Positions 12,805-26,789 of a stretch of 64,000 nt of DNA are shown one piece after another. The first letter of the stretch is position 1; each line of letters starts with the position of its first letter. The notes under the pieces were generated by a model. That model saw only the letters and a list, made by a program, of their open reading frames with translations. It made no database searches and was not told the DNA's origin. This stretch comes from Eledone cirrhosa (Eukaryota). Both the position numbers and the translations under genes were made by a program. Location of the stretch: assembly GCA_964016885.1 (NCBI GenBank), contig OZ024740.1:228408001-228472000 (forward strand). The letters are read 5' to 3'.

Positions 12805-12840
<36 letters not shown>

Positions 12841-12844
12841 TGTA

Positions 12845-12921
<77 letters not shown>

Positions 12922-12930
12922 ATATGTATT

Positions 12931-13230
<300 letters not shown>

Positions 13231-13237
13231 CCTTCGT

Positions 13238-13333
<96 letters not shown>

Positions 13334-13334
13334 G

Positions 13335-13370
<36 letters not shown>

Positions 13371-13525
13371 GGGGTAACAAATAATAGTTATATCCAATAC
13401 CCTTAGGTGTAGTCCAGTTATGGTATTCTGGGTAGTGGATGATATCAACGCTAGGCTTGGTTTGACTCAACAAGGCGTATTCATAGTGATGTTGCGAGTA
13501 TGCTGTAATTCCTATGTTGTAAACA

Positions 13526-13582
<57 letters not shown>

Positions 13583-13593
13583 GTATATATATG

Positions 13594-13640
<47 letters not shown>

Positions 13641-14257
13641 TTATATATTTATATATATGTATATAGATATATGTATGTATTTATATATTTATATATATGT
13701 ATATATATATATATACACATACACACAAATACCAACACACTCACATACAAAGATACAAACACACATACATACTCTCTTGCTCTCTTATTTCTCTCTAGAA
13801 GATATCACCTGCCGTCGGGCCACCGCCAGGACGTCATGACTGAGTCCTTATGAATTTGAGGTCTTAAAGAAAGGGTTAATGAAATTAGCTAAGGTGACAG
13901 ACACAGCATGATCCCTTCAATGCCATATTGATAAAATAACTACATATGACACACAAGTATTGCGTCAATCTAGCTTACATCATTACAACAAAATCTGGTT
14001 TCACACGAAACCAAGTGTTCTGAAAATAATAAGAACAATCTTATGAGTGCTTAGATTAAAGAAAATTATTTGGCACGTCAATGTTACGCCTCGGTTCCAC
14101 TTCTCGGTTGTAACACTATTATATCGCAGCCATATTTTATTTTCCCCGTGGGTGTCAACGACATAACCTAATATTTCCAAGATGGAGCTAGTGTTAATAA
14201 GATTATCATTTTTTTGGACAATTAAACACGTCTTTAAAGATATTTACAATTACAAGG

Positions 14258-15032
14258 GCAGTGGGTTGGCAGAATCACTAAAGCGTACGGGGGAAAAAAC
14301 AACTACTTTTGCTATTTAGTTGCGGTCATTTCCGTTCTTGATTCAAATTCCGGCGAAATTAATGTTGCTGTTAATCCTTCCAGGAGCCGGTAAATATAGT
14401 TCCAGGAAAATTGTGTTCGGTTTAATCGAATATTTCCCTCTCACTCAATGTATGGTCTTGTGTCAATACATTACCGTTACATTATGTTTTCTAATTTAGT
14501 TACAGGGCCAACAATTTGGGGAAATAGGAAAAGTCGATAACATCGGCCTCCAGTATTTGACTGGTACTTTATTTAAGTGGCGAATTGTCAGAGTCGTTAG
14601 GACGTCGAGTAGAATGCGTTGTGGTAGTCATTTTTGGTTCACTGATCTCTGAGTTCAAATCCCACCGAGGTCAACTTTGCCTTTCATCCATTTAAGGTCG
14701 ATAAAATAAGTACCAGTCTACTACCGGGGTCGATTTTTCCTATATATCTCTTTCTCACTTCCATTCTCTCACTCTCTATCCTTCTTTGGGAGAAATCTGC
14801 TGTATTCAGATCTGGAGAGGAGATGAGCTCTGCCAAGTTTTAAAAATGCCCTAAAAACACCGTATGTCAATACGGTGTCCCTACGACTCCCTCAGAAGTT
14901 ACAGGACTATGCATGCATTATTTATCAACCTTGCAAGGATGAAAGGAAAAGTATTTGAGCTCAGAACGTAAATAGCTGAAACTAAAATGCCGCAAAGCAT
15001 TTTAACCGACGCATTTCACCATTTACCGCCAT
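14258..15032. mobile_element. Cluster of older, diverged SINE copies in both orientations
   Basis: Degenerate matches to the SINE consensus at ~14258-14470 (+), 14495-14570 (-), 14577-14735 (+) and 14920-15030 (-). Confidence 0.7.
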
Positions 15033-15621
15033 TACACAACGCATGTATAATAAAGAAACATTAAAAATAACTTCAATGAATAGATAACTAGAGTATAGAG
15101 ATTTGTTACATAAATTATAAAATACAGGGGAAATAAATGATGTTAGGTAACCTTTGTATTTATGAAAGAGTACAAAGTTTTAATCGGCTCAGGAGATTTT
15201 TGTAATCCGATAGGTCGAGGTTACAATATGAAGACTTACTGTTGTTGTAAATATTGGTCATACGTAATAGCGAGTTAATATGACCTTAAACATGTAATAA
15301 GGTCTTTTGAGACGTCTGAGGCAGTAGAGCACCAGACTAGAGATGATTTACACAGTATTTAGGTTTATCGATTAGGATTTCGAATTAGATGAAAATAAAA
15401 TATGTACTTTTGTCTGTTTCTTTTGTCTGTTTCTTTATCGAATATCTATATTTACGCTCTGTTTGTCTACCACCCAGTTTGTCCTTGACTGTTTCATCCC
15501 TCCCCCCTCTCTCTCTCTCTCTCTCTCTTATATACATATATGTGTGTGTGTGTATATATATATACACACACATATACATGTATGTATATATACACACACA
15601 TTATATATATATATATATAAA

Positions 15622-15663
<42 letters not shown>

Positions 15664-15737
15664 AAAGTTCTATTTAAATTGTTGGGATACAACAAGCCAA
15701 TATTTTTATAACTGATATAAAGCACTCAACAAATATT

Positions 15738-17129
15738 TGGAGTAAAAATACGATATTAACAAATGGAAACTATATTTATAAAACCATATTTATTTCATTA
15801 TACATATTTCAAGGACACCAAGTTAAATTATGGTGTGCTTTCATCAGATAAAATATAATATAGATCAGTTTTATAAATAAATATTGACATACCCTTAAAG
15901 AATGCAACCATTACTGTTGGAAGCTCTCGGATAGTGGAGTTGTAGCTTTAATTATATTATTAGGTAAGTTAGTATTGGATATTTTTAAAATAAGCCGTTG
16001 GGTTACGGAGAAAGAGAAAGATAGAGACGGAAAGAGAGAGAAAGAGCAGAACAACAGAGAGAGAAAGATATATATAGAGAGAGGAGACAGAGAAAGGAGA
16101 GAGAACGAAAAACTCTAAGTCATATCTTGTTGAGTTATCTTCACAATTGAGATGAAATGAATAAATAAAATTAGAAATGTTAATAATCATGAATGGAATA
16201 TACATATATAATATGAGAAATTTAACCATAACAGGTAATCTTATAAAACTTATATAAAAAAATTTTGTTTAATAACATAAAGTGTGTATAACATAAAATT
16301 TCCTTTAATATCTTACCAATTGTAACATTGATATAACTATATAACGTAATTTTCCTTCTCTGATTTTATAAGATTCTTATATCTTAAATTAAAGAATCCT
16401 TTATATTTTGTATGTATATATTATATACGTAGTTAGATATGTATATATATTTTTATAAGTGTGTATATATATTTATATGTATGCATTTTTGCGTGTGTAT
16501 ACGTGTTATATAATATATAGATCTTTAACAATATAATAATATATAGATTTCTTAATATATAGATCCCAATTTTTAATATATTGATCTCAATATTTAACTG
16601 ATTAACTAAACATCTAATCATATTTAAACAATGGTTAAATTTCTCATATTATATATGTATATTCCATTCATGATTATTAACATTTCTAATTTTATTTATT
16701 CATTTCATCTCAATTGTTAAGATAACTCAACAAGATATGACTTAGTGTTTTTCGTTCACTCTCCTTTCTCTGTGTCCTCTCTATATATATCTTTCTCTCT
16801 GTTGTTCTGCTCTTTCTCTCTCTTTCCGTCTCTATCTTTCTCTTTCTCCGTAACCCAACGGCTTATTTTAAAAATATCCAATACTAACTTACCTAATAAT
16901 ATAATTAAAGCTACAACTCCACTATCCGGGAGCTTCCAACAGTAATGGTTGCATTCTTTCAGGATATGTCAATGATATGTCAATATTTATTTATAAAACT
17001 GATCTATATTATATTTTATCTGATGAAAGCACACCATAATTTAACTTGGTGTCCTTGAAATATGTATAATGAAATAAATATGGTTTTATAAATATAGTTT
17101 CCATTTGTTAATATCGTATTTTTACTCCA
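15738..17129. mobile_element. 1.4-kb fold-back element: ~490-bp inverted arms (15738-16229 / 16631-17129), each with a hammerhead core
   Basis: The arms are near-identical reverse complements. CTGATGA-AAGCACACCA...TGGTGTCCTT-GAAA at 17020-17060 (+), mirrored at ~15806-15846 (-). A third arm copy lies at 31623-31890. Confidence 0.85.
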
Positions 17130-17136
17130 TATATAT

Positions 17137-17247
<111 letters not shown>

Positions 17248-17774
17248 ACAGAACAATCAAATCTATGTTTAATACATTTTATTACAGACAATCGTTTCAT
17301 CCAAACTCACATAGAAACTGTTTTAACTATAATCTTGCTACATATACATATCTTAATACTGCATAACATTTTTCGTACTACACAACAGCTTTACTTCTGC
17401 TTGGATTGTTTATTTAATTATTTATCTGATCCACTCTCAACGCAGGCATCAACGAAACATTGTTTATGTATATTACACAATATGCTTCACAATTTTCACC
17501 TTATATCTTACCCCTGCATTCCTGACTGCTTAATATGTTCATCCTATTACACCTATATTTTGTGATATCTTTGCCATATTATGCTGTATATGCTTAATAC
17601 CTCTGCATTCTTACTGCCTATATGCTTATGTACCAATAATGACCTCCTCTGCGAGTAACCTTCTTTTATATTCTTTTATACTCTTTATTATACCCTTTGT
17701 TGCAGACCACAACATCTTCACTCACCTTGAATATGACACTATTGATAGCAACAACAGTATCAACGTATCTTTAG

Positions 17775-17931
17775 GACTCCTGAAATAGCCGTCGAAACGG
17801 CTTGAGCTCTGCTGTCGGGGTCATACTTTTTCCTATTTCCCACTCTACTACCCTAAGTATTGAGTACTCTGGTGCGTTATGGTCCATCTGGTTCCTTACC
17901 ACAATCCTGTGGTAAGGAACCAGATGGACCA
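17775..17931 (+). mobile_element. Copy of the 13035 family, with its own 3' hairpin
   Basis: CTC-CTGAAATAGCCGTC-GAAA-CGGC-TT-GAG plus the shared tail. TGGTCCATCTGGTTCCTTACCACA-atcc-TGTGGTAAGGAACCAGATGGACCA folds back. Confidence 0.7.
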
Positions 17932-18514
17932 AGTATTACACGGCTTGGAAATATTCACTTCTTTGAGATATTTAATTGTAAAAGACTATTTCGAGTTTAT
18001 AACTCAATATATGATATTCTCGGCTCCATACGTAGAGCTAATTTTAGTCCCATAAAACCGGCTGCTATTTTTAGCGGCACGAGTATGAGACGAGTTAGGC
18101 GCTGTGACACATGTGCGTTCAACAACACGTATTTCTCAGTCTTCTTAAGTATTTTGAAGTGAAAGATACGAATTTTCCTGGATACCCGCAGAAGAGCACA
18201 GGGATAGTGACTTTCACTTAATAATTGTTGCGAAACAAATTTAGAATTTGTCCGGGTATCACGGCCATTGCCAATATAGGTTTGTTATTTTTATTGATTT
18301 ATTATTTTAAATCGAGACAGGCAAACCATATCATGTTAAATTAGTATTTTTCAACCTAGCTAACTTGGTCATTTGCAATTCGAACACATGTATACTTGTA
18401 TCGGTGTTCATCCCTCATATATTCATTTGTATTACACGGCTGGGAAACATTCCCTTCTTTGAGCTATTTAATTGTAAAAGACTATTTCGAGTTTATAACT
18501 CAATATATGATATA

Positions 18515-18611
<97 letters not shown>

Positions 18612-19494
18612 GATATCCACGGTAAGTTGTGGGGTCTAGTCTGCATGAAGAACTCAATGTAATCCATATGTTGAAAATATTGTAGGTTAAAATAAATCCC
18701 AGAAAACAATAAAACATTAAAAGGAAAACAGAGTCATGATATAAGTTAAAACAATGAAATAAAAAATCAAGTCATTAGAAATATACTTCACTGCTTTACG
18801 ATCGTTTCTAGGTGATGATAATACATCGTAACTATACTTCGATATCGATCTATGTAAGGTTAGTTACAAAATATCAGATAAAGAGAATATTTACTTACAT
18901 GCATATCACCAGCTGTTGTCAAAAGTAATAATAATTTTATTCAAAATTAGTAGTAAATTAGTATTATGTTTAGTTCTATGACCATGTTTGGAGGTAGTTG
19001 AAGAACTAACCAATCAGATTGTTTTTTCCATATGATGTTAAGATGAAAAATAATTCACTTTAGTTGAGGTCATGACCCTTTGAAAGGAATGGTTGAATAA
19101 TGTTAATAATAGAATTGCCATAAAAAATCTATTAGGAAGAAAGGGATTGTCAAATTGATAGTTGAATGTATATGGTATAGTGAAGTTTAAAAGGAATGTA
19201 AAAATTAAATATTGAGTTGTGTTGTATGGAGTTTTTAGGTGAATATAAATTAATGTCAAGGCTAGGAAAGATAGTATATTAAAAGAATAAAGGATATAAT
19301 ACAATCCTTCAACCTGGAAAACACAACCACCCAAATCACCAACACAAAAACAACAGAACACAAAGTCTCAATACAACCCTAGCACTAAACCAACCACAAA
19401 GCAACCTTCATTCTCCCGCTAACATTAATTACAATAGGAATAGCTCAAGGATTAATGAGATGGTATAGGTACCCCCAACAACCATCTTACGTAT

Positions 19495-19790
19495 GGTTGT
19501 AATTGCAGAAATAGACGCATTTGCCCCTTAAATGGCAACTGTTTGATTAATAATGTAATATATAAATGCACTGTGTCTACTACTGACTCCAACAAAACAT
19601 ATATATGATCTACATCAAACACATTTAAGAAAAGGTTTTACGCACACTCTGGTAGTTTTAACAATACTAAACTAGCTAACACCACATCTTTAGCTGAAGC
19701 AGTAAATAACTATAAAAAGAAAAAAATAGATTTCAAGCTATCGTGGAACACCATTCTACAAAGAACTCCATATCACCGGATTCATACGGA
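19495..19790 (+). pseudogene. Penelope-like retroelement GIY-YIG endonuclease relic (CNC..CPLxGxC linker type)
   Basis: Manual translation: GCNCRNRRICPLNGNCLINNVIYKCTVSTTDSNKTYI*STSNTFKKRFYAHSGSF...FKLSW. VIY/YIG and RxxxH motifs are present, with one stop. Confidence 0.8.
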
Positions 19791-20065
19791 ACCCGGTCAT
19801 TGAAATAATCATAGTATAATAAACCTTTCAAGGATCTACACAAGTTCAGCCTCCTGTCATTTCATTATAATATTTAACTCCGTACTAGCACCACCAACTA
19901 CAAAAACAAAGACGGTTGAACTGCTTTACGTTGAGTACTCTCCATATTATTACATTAAGATTGACCATGCGGAATTGACCAGCTCTATCCAGTGGTGAAC
20001 CTCAAACCTGAATATATATATATTGTAAGTAAATAAATGATTTAAACTGAACTTTGATTCATGTA

Positions 20066-20123
<58 letters not shown>

Positions 20124-20309
20124 TTATAGTTAAAGAAAGAAAAGTCACATGGTTGGCTGTACAATAAGGGCTTTATTCAAATTGCTGACAATTGTTTCGT
20201 TGATCTGTTGCGTCTAGAGTTCTCTAATCACTTGACACTGCGTCAATCGATCTCCAATACGTTGTTTTCAACTATTGAAAATTGCAAACTTGACTGTCAC
20301 CACAGAATA

Positions 20310-20348
20310 TGAACCTGAAGATTGCGAAAGCATGAAAGTACTTGTTCA
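20310..20348 (+). ncRNA. Minimal type I hammerhead ribozyme motif
   Basis: TGAAC-CTGAAGA-T-TGC-gaaa-GCA-T-GAAA-GTAC-TT-GTTCA. Intact core, palindromic loop 3 GTAC. Confidence 0.75.
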
Positions 20349-20518
20349 ATTAACACTTAACATTTAATATTCTACCATACTATTTCATTCTAATACCATT
20401 ATAATTTTAAAGGATTGTAAATAAAACGAGTAAATCAGACAAAGTTGGAATTCCTTTATTAATATAATCTTCTATACACAATCATGCACACCCGTGTATA
20501 TTTATTTATATATATATC

Positions 20519-20560
<42 letters not shown>

Positions 20561-20564
<4 letters not shown>

Positions 20565-23150
20565 GTCCCCTCCAGTGATGTTCTTATTGTCGCTGGGGAC
20601 AGGAATGCGCGGACGGGGCCGGCTGATGATACAACACGGCGTATTCTAGGACGCTTCGCCCTAGGCGTACGCTGTGACAATCGCGAACGGCTGGTGTCCT
20701 TCGCGGATGCCAATCGTCTTATCGTCACCAACACCCGGTTCCAACATCCTCGCCGTCACCTCGTCACACGGAGATCCAATGACAGAAGAACGGCCAATCA
20801 GATTGACTACATCCTGGTCAGATCTCGGTGGGCCAGCTCAGTGATGGACTCGCGTGCGTATCGGGGGGCTGATACGGGCAGTGAGCATGGGTCAGACCAT
20901 ACTCTTGTTCGAGCAACCCTTCATCTGCGGCTCCGAGCGAAACCTTCTCCCAACCGCCAGAAAAGGATCGACATCTCGCGACTCAAGCTCGATGCTGGAA
21001 ATGCTTTCCGGCTAGAGCTGCGAAACCGATTCTAAATGCTGAGTAACGAAGGGGAACAGCAACCGGAGCAGGAGTCGAACGCGCTCAGGGCGGCGACGAT
21101 TGAGGTGGCCAGGGAGCTTCTCGAGTCGACCCGAAGACGCCATCGGGACTGGATCTCCAACGGCACTCTTGAACTCGCGGAGAGGGCGAGAGTGGCCCGA
21201 CTCGAGGGTGCACCCAATCTTCGAGATCTCCGATGTCGCACATCTCGGGCTATTCGGGCCGATCGGAATGAACACTGGTGCGAGTTTGCGGAGCAGACGG
21301 AGAGGACAGCAGCCTGTGGTGACTCGCTCAAGTTCTACCAACTGGTGAAGCGGGCCAGCCGAAGCAATACGGGTATCAGCGAGACGATCCATGATCGGAA
21401 CGGAGCGGTCATTACCAATCTTAATGACCGGCTAGTCCGATGGCAGGACCATTTCTCCAAGCTGCTCAACCACCCTCCACCATCCACGCCAACCTACGTG
21501 CAGCCTTCCGGAGAGGAATACGGGTGCAGCACTGCCCCTCCAACGGTCGAGGAGGTACGTGGTGTCCTGACACATCTCCGGAACAACAAGGCGCCGGGCG
21601 AGGATGGCGTTCCAGCTGAGGTCTACAAGGCCGAGCCTGATGTCTTCGCAGCTTGGCTCCATCGAGTCTTCTCCTCGGTGTGGGCGACGGGGCGGTTCCC
21701 TGGTGACTGGAGCGAGGCAACTCTCCTACCCTTCTTCAAAAAGGACGGCAGGAAACTGTCTTCCAACTACAGGGGTATCAGTTTAATTGACGTTGCTGCC
21801 AAGACCTTCGCAAATCTTCTGCTGAAGAGGTTCCAGGCCATCCGTGATGTCCGTTTCGTCCTTCTCAGGGTGGCTTCCGTTCGGGGAGGGGGTGCGTTGA
21901 TCAAATCTTCATTCTCCGGCGTGTCCTGGAACAGCGGTGGGCACATCAACAGCCTACCGTCCTCTGCTTCATCGACTTTGCAGCTGCCTTCGACTCTGTA
22001 GATTGGGAAGCCTTCTGGCGTATAATGCAGGCGGACGGCATCCCAGTGAAGCTGTTTCGTCTCATACAAGGCTACTACCTGTCGACTCGGGCTCGAGTGA
22101 GGGTCTATGGTGGGGAGACGGAGTCGTTCGATGTTGGGACCGGTGTTCGGCAGGGGTGTGCGCTATCGCCAACTCTCTTTAACTACGCCATTGACTACAC
22201 TCTCAACACAGCGCTCCGGGATTACCCGAGCGTAGAGCTCGGGAGAGGGGTCGTGGTGACAGACCTGGCCTACGCGGATGACATCGTGCTGATGGGCGCT
22301 AACGGGACAGATGTACAGGGAGCTCTCGAAACGGTGCACACTGCAGCCGCCGCTGTTGGTCTACGAATCGATGCCGCCAAGTCGAAGGTCATGACGTCAC
22401 TGGTTTCGCCTGATGCCTGGCAGCCAATATCTCTCGAGGGCGTGGACCTGGAGGATGTGGAGTCCTTCGTTTACCTGGGCTCAACAGTGGTTCCAACGGG
22501 ACAGGGCGCAGCCGAGGTCAAGCGTCACATAGGTGCTGCCAGATCCGCTTTTGGGCGCCTCCAGCGGTGTCTGTGGGATAGAAGAGAGATCTCCTCGGCG
22601 ACCAGAGGGTGAATCTACCAGGCTGTCGTTCGAACTATCCTCCTCTATGGGTGTGAAATATGGCCTATGAGGGTAGTCTATCAACGAGGGCTGGAGGTCT
22701 TCGACAATGACTGTCTCCGCCGCATTCTTCGCTGCCGAAGCGTTGATCGGGTGCCTATCACCAGTCTTCGTCTTCGCCTGAATCTTCGACCCCTTCGTTC
22801 AGTGCTTCTGCAACGGCGCTTGAGGTGGTTTGGTCACGCGGCCCGGCGCCCTGAGGGTGAACTGATCCGCGATGTTCTCCTCCCACCTCTACTCCCTAAC
22901 TGGCGCAAGCGCGTTGGCGGGAAGCTGAAGACTTGGGCAACGACGATCAAGGGGACCTCTCCGAACTCTCAGGTCCGCAGGTGGTCGGCCTGCACCGATA
23001 GAACCGTGACTGGCTCGCTATCTCCAGTGACCTAGCCCGGGACCGTCGTGCGTGGGCTGCCATGGTTCGGGATGCCGTCAGGATAAGGGAAGAAGCCGAC
23101 TCAACCCGTCCAGGGTGAATGTCGACACAAGTACAATTACAAGTAAGTAG
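20561..23150 (+). mobile_element. RTE-clade LINE, 5'-truncated, APE-RT pseudogene with few lesions
   Basis: APE motifs GDxNA, QIDYILV and SDH; KAPGEDG; NYRGISL; FIDFAAAFDSVD; GVRQGCALSP; YADD; LRWFGH. Stops at 21033 and 22610, frameshifts near 21855 and 22950. (CAAGTA)-like tail at 23128-23150. Confidence 0.92.
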
Positions 23151-23428
23151 TCCATACACTTCCGTCAATTGGCGATGAATTTCAATCGGTTCAACGCCTT
23201 TTGCGTTGAAAAACCGAATAACTGCACGAACTTCGCACTTGGCGGTAGCGTTCAACGGAGCTCCATTCTCAACGGCTGCCAAGCCAAGATTGAGCAACCC
23301 AGAGAAGTGCGCGCATGCTTGTTTGAGAGTGAAGGAAGCACCAATCACAACAGTGTTGCCAACAGCCGTACGAACAGTTTCTCTGCGTCCCCATCGCTTT
23401 GGAAACCTTACTTTTGGGATTGCCCTCG
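23151..23428 (-). mobile_element. Mariner transposon 5' fragment (TIR plus transposase N-terminus)
   Basis: Minus strand begins TA|CGAGGGCAATCCCAAAAGTAAGGTTTCC. Encodes AKCEVRAVIRFFNAKGVEPIEIHRQLTEVYG (mariner HTH). Cut at the RTE tail. Confidence 0.85.
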
Positions 23429-23470
23429 TATAAGTATACATGTGTATATATATACACAATTTAGTACATC

Positions 23471-23518
<48 letters not shown>

Positions 23519-23859
23519 CTGTGTGTGTGTGTGTGTGCGTGCGTGTGTGAATTTAGCGAAGATAATACGTCAGCAATGACGTGTTCGTCAGAATGTCGTT
23601 ATGCAGACAGCCAGACAGTCAGATATCATAAGGGCTCGACGGAGATGGATAACCGGCGCCTAATACTCCTTTAACAACAGAAAATTGAAAAATAAAAGCT
23701 GCAGTTAATATCTTTAGACCGCAAGGAATATATAAATGCAAGTTTGAAGTCAATCGGAGTAGAAATGTGAATTTGTATAGACTTTGCAAAAATGAGGACA
23801 CACACAGACAGACAACAACAGTTTTATATATATGTATAGATATATACATGTATGTATGT

Positions 23860-23917
<58 letters not shown>

Positions 23918-24290
23918 ATGTTTGTGTGTCTGTAAGCGTATGCGCGCGCGTCGTAGTGACGCATATTGACGAATACGGAAACTGGCCGTCCTGGAGAGTC
24001 CAGAGGTCAACCGTAAAGACTTAGTCATGCGGGCTTTTTCGAAATTATCATATCCCACCACCCGGTCTGTCTTGCTCTATCCTCCCTCCTTACCTCTTCT
24101 ATGCCTCAGTGTCATTCTTCGTCGTTTACACGTTGGACAACAGTCCATATTATTTTCTTCTAGGTTACTATTTCTTATCTTTCTGTATTTGTTCTCCTTA
24201 GGCTAACCCCTCGCTCACCGTCCCTCCCTTCTTTGTCAGTTGACGTAGATGGGATACTTTTTCATCTATATTTGAGTGATTCGTCTAAAG

Positions 24291-24583
24291 CAGGCATGGG
24301 CAACTTTTTCGAGAGGCGGGCCGCATGAGATATGGCTCACCATCTGGCGGGCCGCAAGCGCTAATTTACATTTGTACCCACATTTAAAATAAACGGGTGG
24401 TAACTCAGGTTGTTTTGATTTGTTTCTTCAGAATTAGTACACGTTGTTTTCCTCGATCGTAAAAATGACAGAAAGATAAATTACGACTGAAAAGTTGGGG
24501 TAAATAAAATCAGAAAGATTTCACTTAGGTGACTTAGGCGAACCATTTAGAAAGCTTCGTGGGCCGCAGGTTTCCCATGACTG
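24291..24583. mobile_element. hAT (Charlie-like) MITE with perfect 8-bp TSD
   Basis: TIRs CAGGCATGGGCAAC / GTTTCCCATGACTG, internal GGGCCGCA motifs, GTCTAAAG duplicated at 24283-24290 and 24584-24591. Confidence 0.9.
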
Positions 24584-25324
24584 GTCTAAAGGCATAAATT
24601 GCCTCTACCTGTTTTGTTATGTCTTAATGCGCACTGGAACAAATGGTATTAACTGTAATGCATCGAAACTGAGGTGAAAGCCGGAATAAACACTGCAAAG
24701 TGTTTTAAACTGGCGTTCTAACGACCATATCTATTCGCCGAAGCAGGGAAAGCATGAAGAAGCAAACTATACTGGACGGTCAAATTGCAAAATGAATGAG
24801 AAAAGGGAGTAGGCTATATAATGCCACAAATATGACTAAGAATAGCTGGGGGGGGGGGGGGGGGGGGTTAAAGGAAAACAGAATCATTGGCAAAGCATTG
24901 GGGGAATTTGAAATTTGAAAATGTGTTAGCCACAATGCGAATAACTATAACTAGTAGATGACAATTATAAATACTAGTTGACCCAGTCAGTTAAAATACC
25001 CCTAGAAACGGAAAAAAGTGTACAAAGAGGCGCCAGGGTTATTTTATCCAACCTACTCTTAGTATTTATAGTTACCAACTACTACTTATAGTTGTGACTA
25101 TTGTGACTATTGTGACTATTGTGACTAACACATTTTCAAATATAATTTCTCATAATTGGAAGATTCCCGTAATTGATGTCGTAATTTCTCATTAAAGTAC
25201 ACCAGTACTGTGTCAACAATATTCTATGAATTACTAAAGAGGTTAACATTAAGTCGACTGGTTACTAGAAGGAAACATATGTTTTCAAAAGAAAAAGTCT
25301 CTAGGAACTCATGAAACTATATAC

Positions 25325-25522
25325 CAGGCATGTCAAACAAGCGGCCCGAGGGCCGCATGCGGGCGGCCCGCACAAAGGTTTTTACAGCGCGGGCATGTTT
25401 TATCTTCGTAATATAAAATAAAAATAAAAAATTGTAATGTGTGCAATTAGTTGTGTGTGGCCCTCAGACAACACATATGTGACCCATGTGGCCCTCGAGG
25501 AACTCTTAGTTTGACATGGCTG
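25325..25522. mobile_element. hAT (Charlie-like) MITE
   Basis: TIRs CAGGCATGTCAAAC / GTTTGACATGGCTG, repeated GGCCC motifs, decayed 8-bp TSD CTATATAC/CTGTAAAC. Confidence 0.8.
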
Positions 25523-26221
25523 CTGTAAACCGATAGCTCACTTACCGATAATATAGAAAGCCTAGACATTGATACACACTGAGGGGTGGACAGGTTTACT
25601 GGAAAATGATGGATCTTCTGGTGAGCATTCAGTTCCATCAACTGAAATTCCAACTCGTCAAATAACATATAAATGGTTGAGTATTTCACAGGAACGTGTA
25701 CCCTTAACATAATCCCGAAGCTGATTTAGTGTGATAAGCCTGGACCTTTGAATTATAGGTGCAATTTATCCTACGAGCTATTACAATTTCTTGCTAAGCA
25801 GTGGGGTCTGACAGGTTACCTCAAAATTGGGAGGCGAATTTCTTAACCACCAATCCATAACCGTGTCCACTTCTGGAAAATAGTGCAGAAAGGGAGTTGG
25901 GAAAGCATATACGGTTGTGAATGTTAGTTATTGGTAAGGTTAAAGGTTAAAGTATATCATAAGAATCATGAAGTCGGAGCTCTGTGTTATGTCACTGAAC
26001 AACAAATGTACTCCCAAATAATATGTGGTGGGATGGTGGTGGAAAATCGATAATTTTTCGAGGTTGTCTCCCTTGATAACCCCCCGCCCCACCCACCCAC
26101 CAGAAATACTCGTTTAGTTTACATACTGAGAACCCAACCCATCCTATTTATTTTATAACGTATGGGATTTCTAGTAATGTACATTATGTATGTTTTAATT
26201 AGTTTTCCTTTTAGAAAATTA

Positions 26222-26380
26222 GGGCGGGGGATTAGCAGTATCGGTGGAGCATCGGACAACATGCTTTATGGCATAGAGTTACGGCCCTTTACGATCTGAG
26301 TTCAAATCTTCCCGAGGTTAACTTTGTCTTTCATCCTCACGGGGTCAATAAAATAAAGTACCAATAATGGACTGGGGCTC
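26222..26380 (+). mobile_element. tRNA-derived SINE
   Basis: Match to the SINE consensus, including GAGTTCAAATC and TTTCATCCT..GGGGTC.ATAAAATAAAGTACCA. Confidence 0.85.
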
Positions 26381-26716
26381 AATTATTCGAGACCCGAGAG
26401 TCATAGAAAAAATGCGATTTTTTGGTTTGGCATTTCAAAATTACCTGAAAATAAGTCTCAGCTATAATTCTGCAAAAAGTATGTTCCTCGGTGAAGATAG
26501 GTCATCATTCTTGATGCAAATCAACGGAAGACAACATACCACACGCCTGGATTTTGGAAATATTGTATAGAAACAAAACAGTCACGATACTAAAGCAATT
26601 TATCAAATACGCCATGTCAAAATGGAAAACACCCCTGACAATACAAGATATAACAAAAAGAAAATATAACACACACACACACCCACGCACGCACACACAC
26701 ACACACACGCACACAC

Positions 26717-26789
<73 letters not shown>

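Noticed and set aside
13799-13860. GC-rich island after a strong acceptor (TTTCTCTCTAG)
   Set aside because: Stops in all three frames within 60 nt, no good donor and no recognisable homology.
19608-19612. In-frame TGA in a PLE endonuclease as possible selenocysteine
   Set aside because: It replaces the Gly of YIG (GGA>TGA), not a Cys; ordinary decay.
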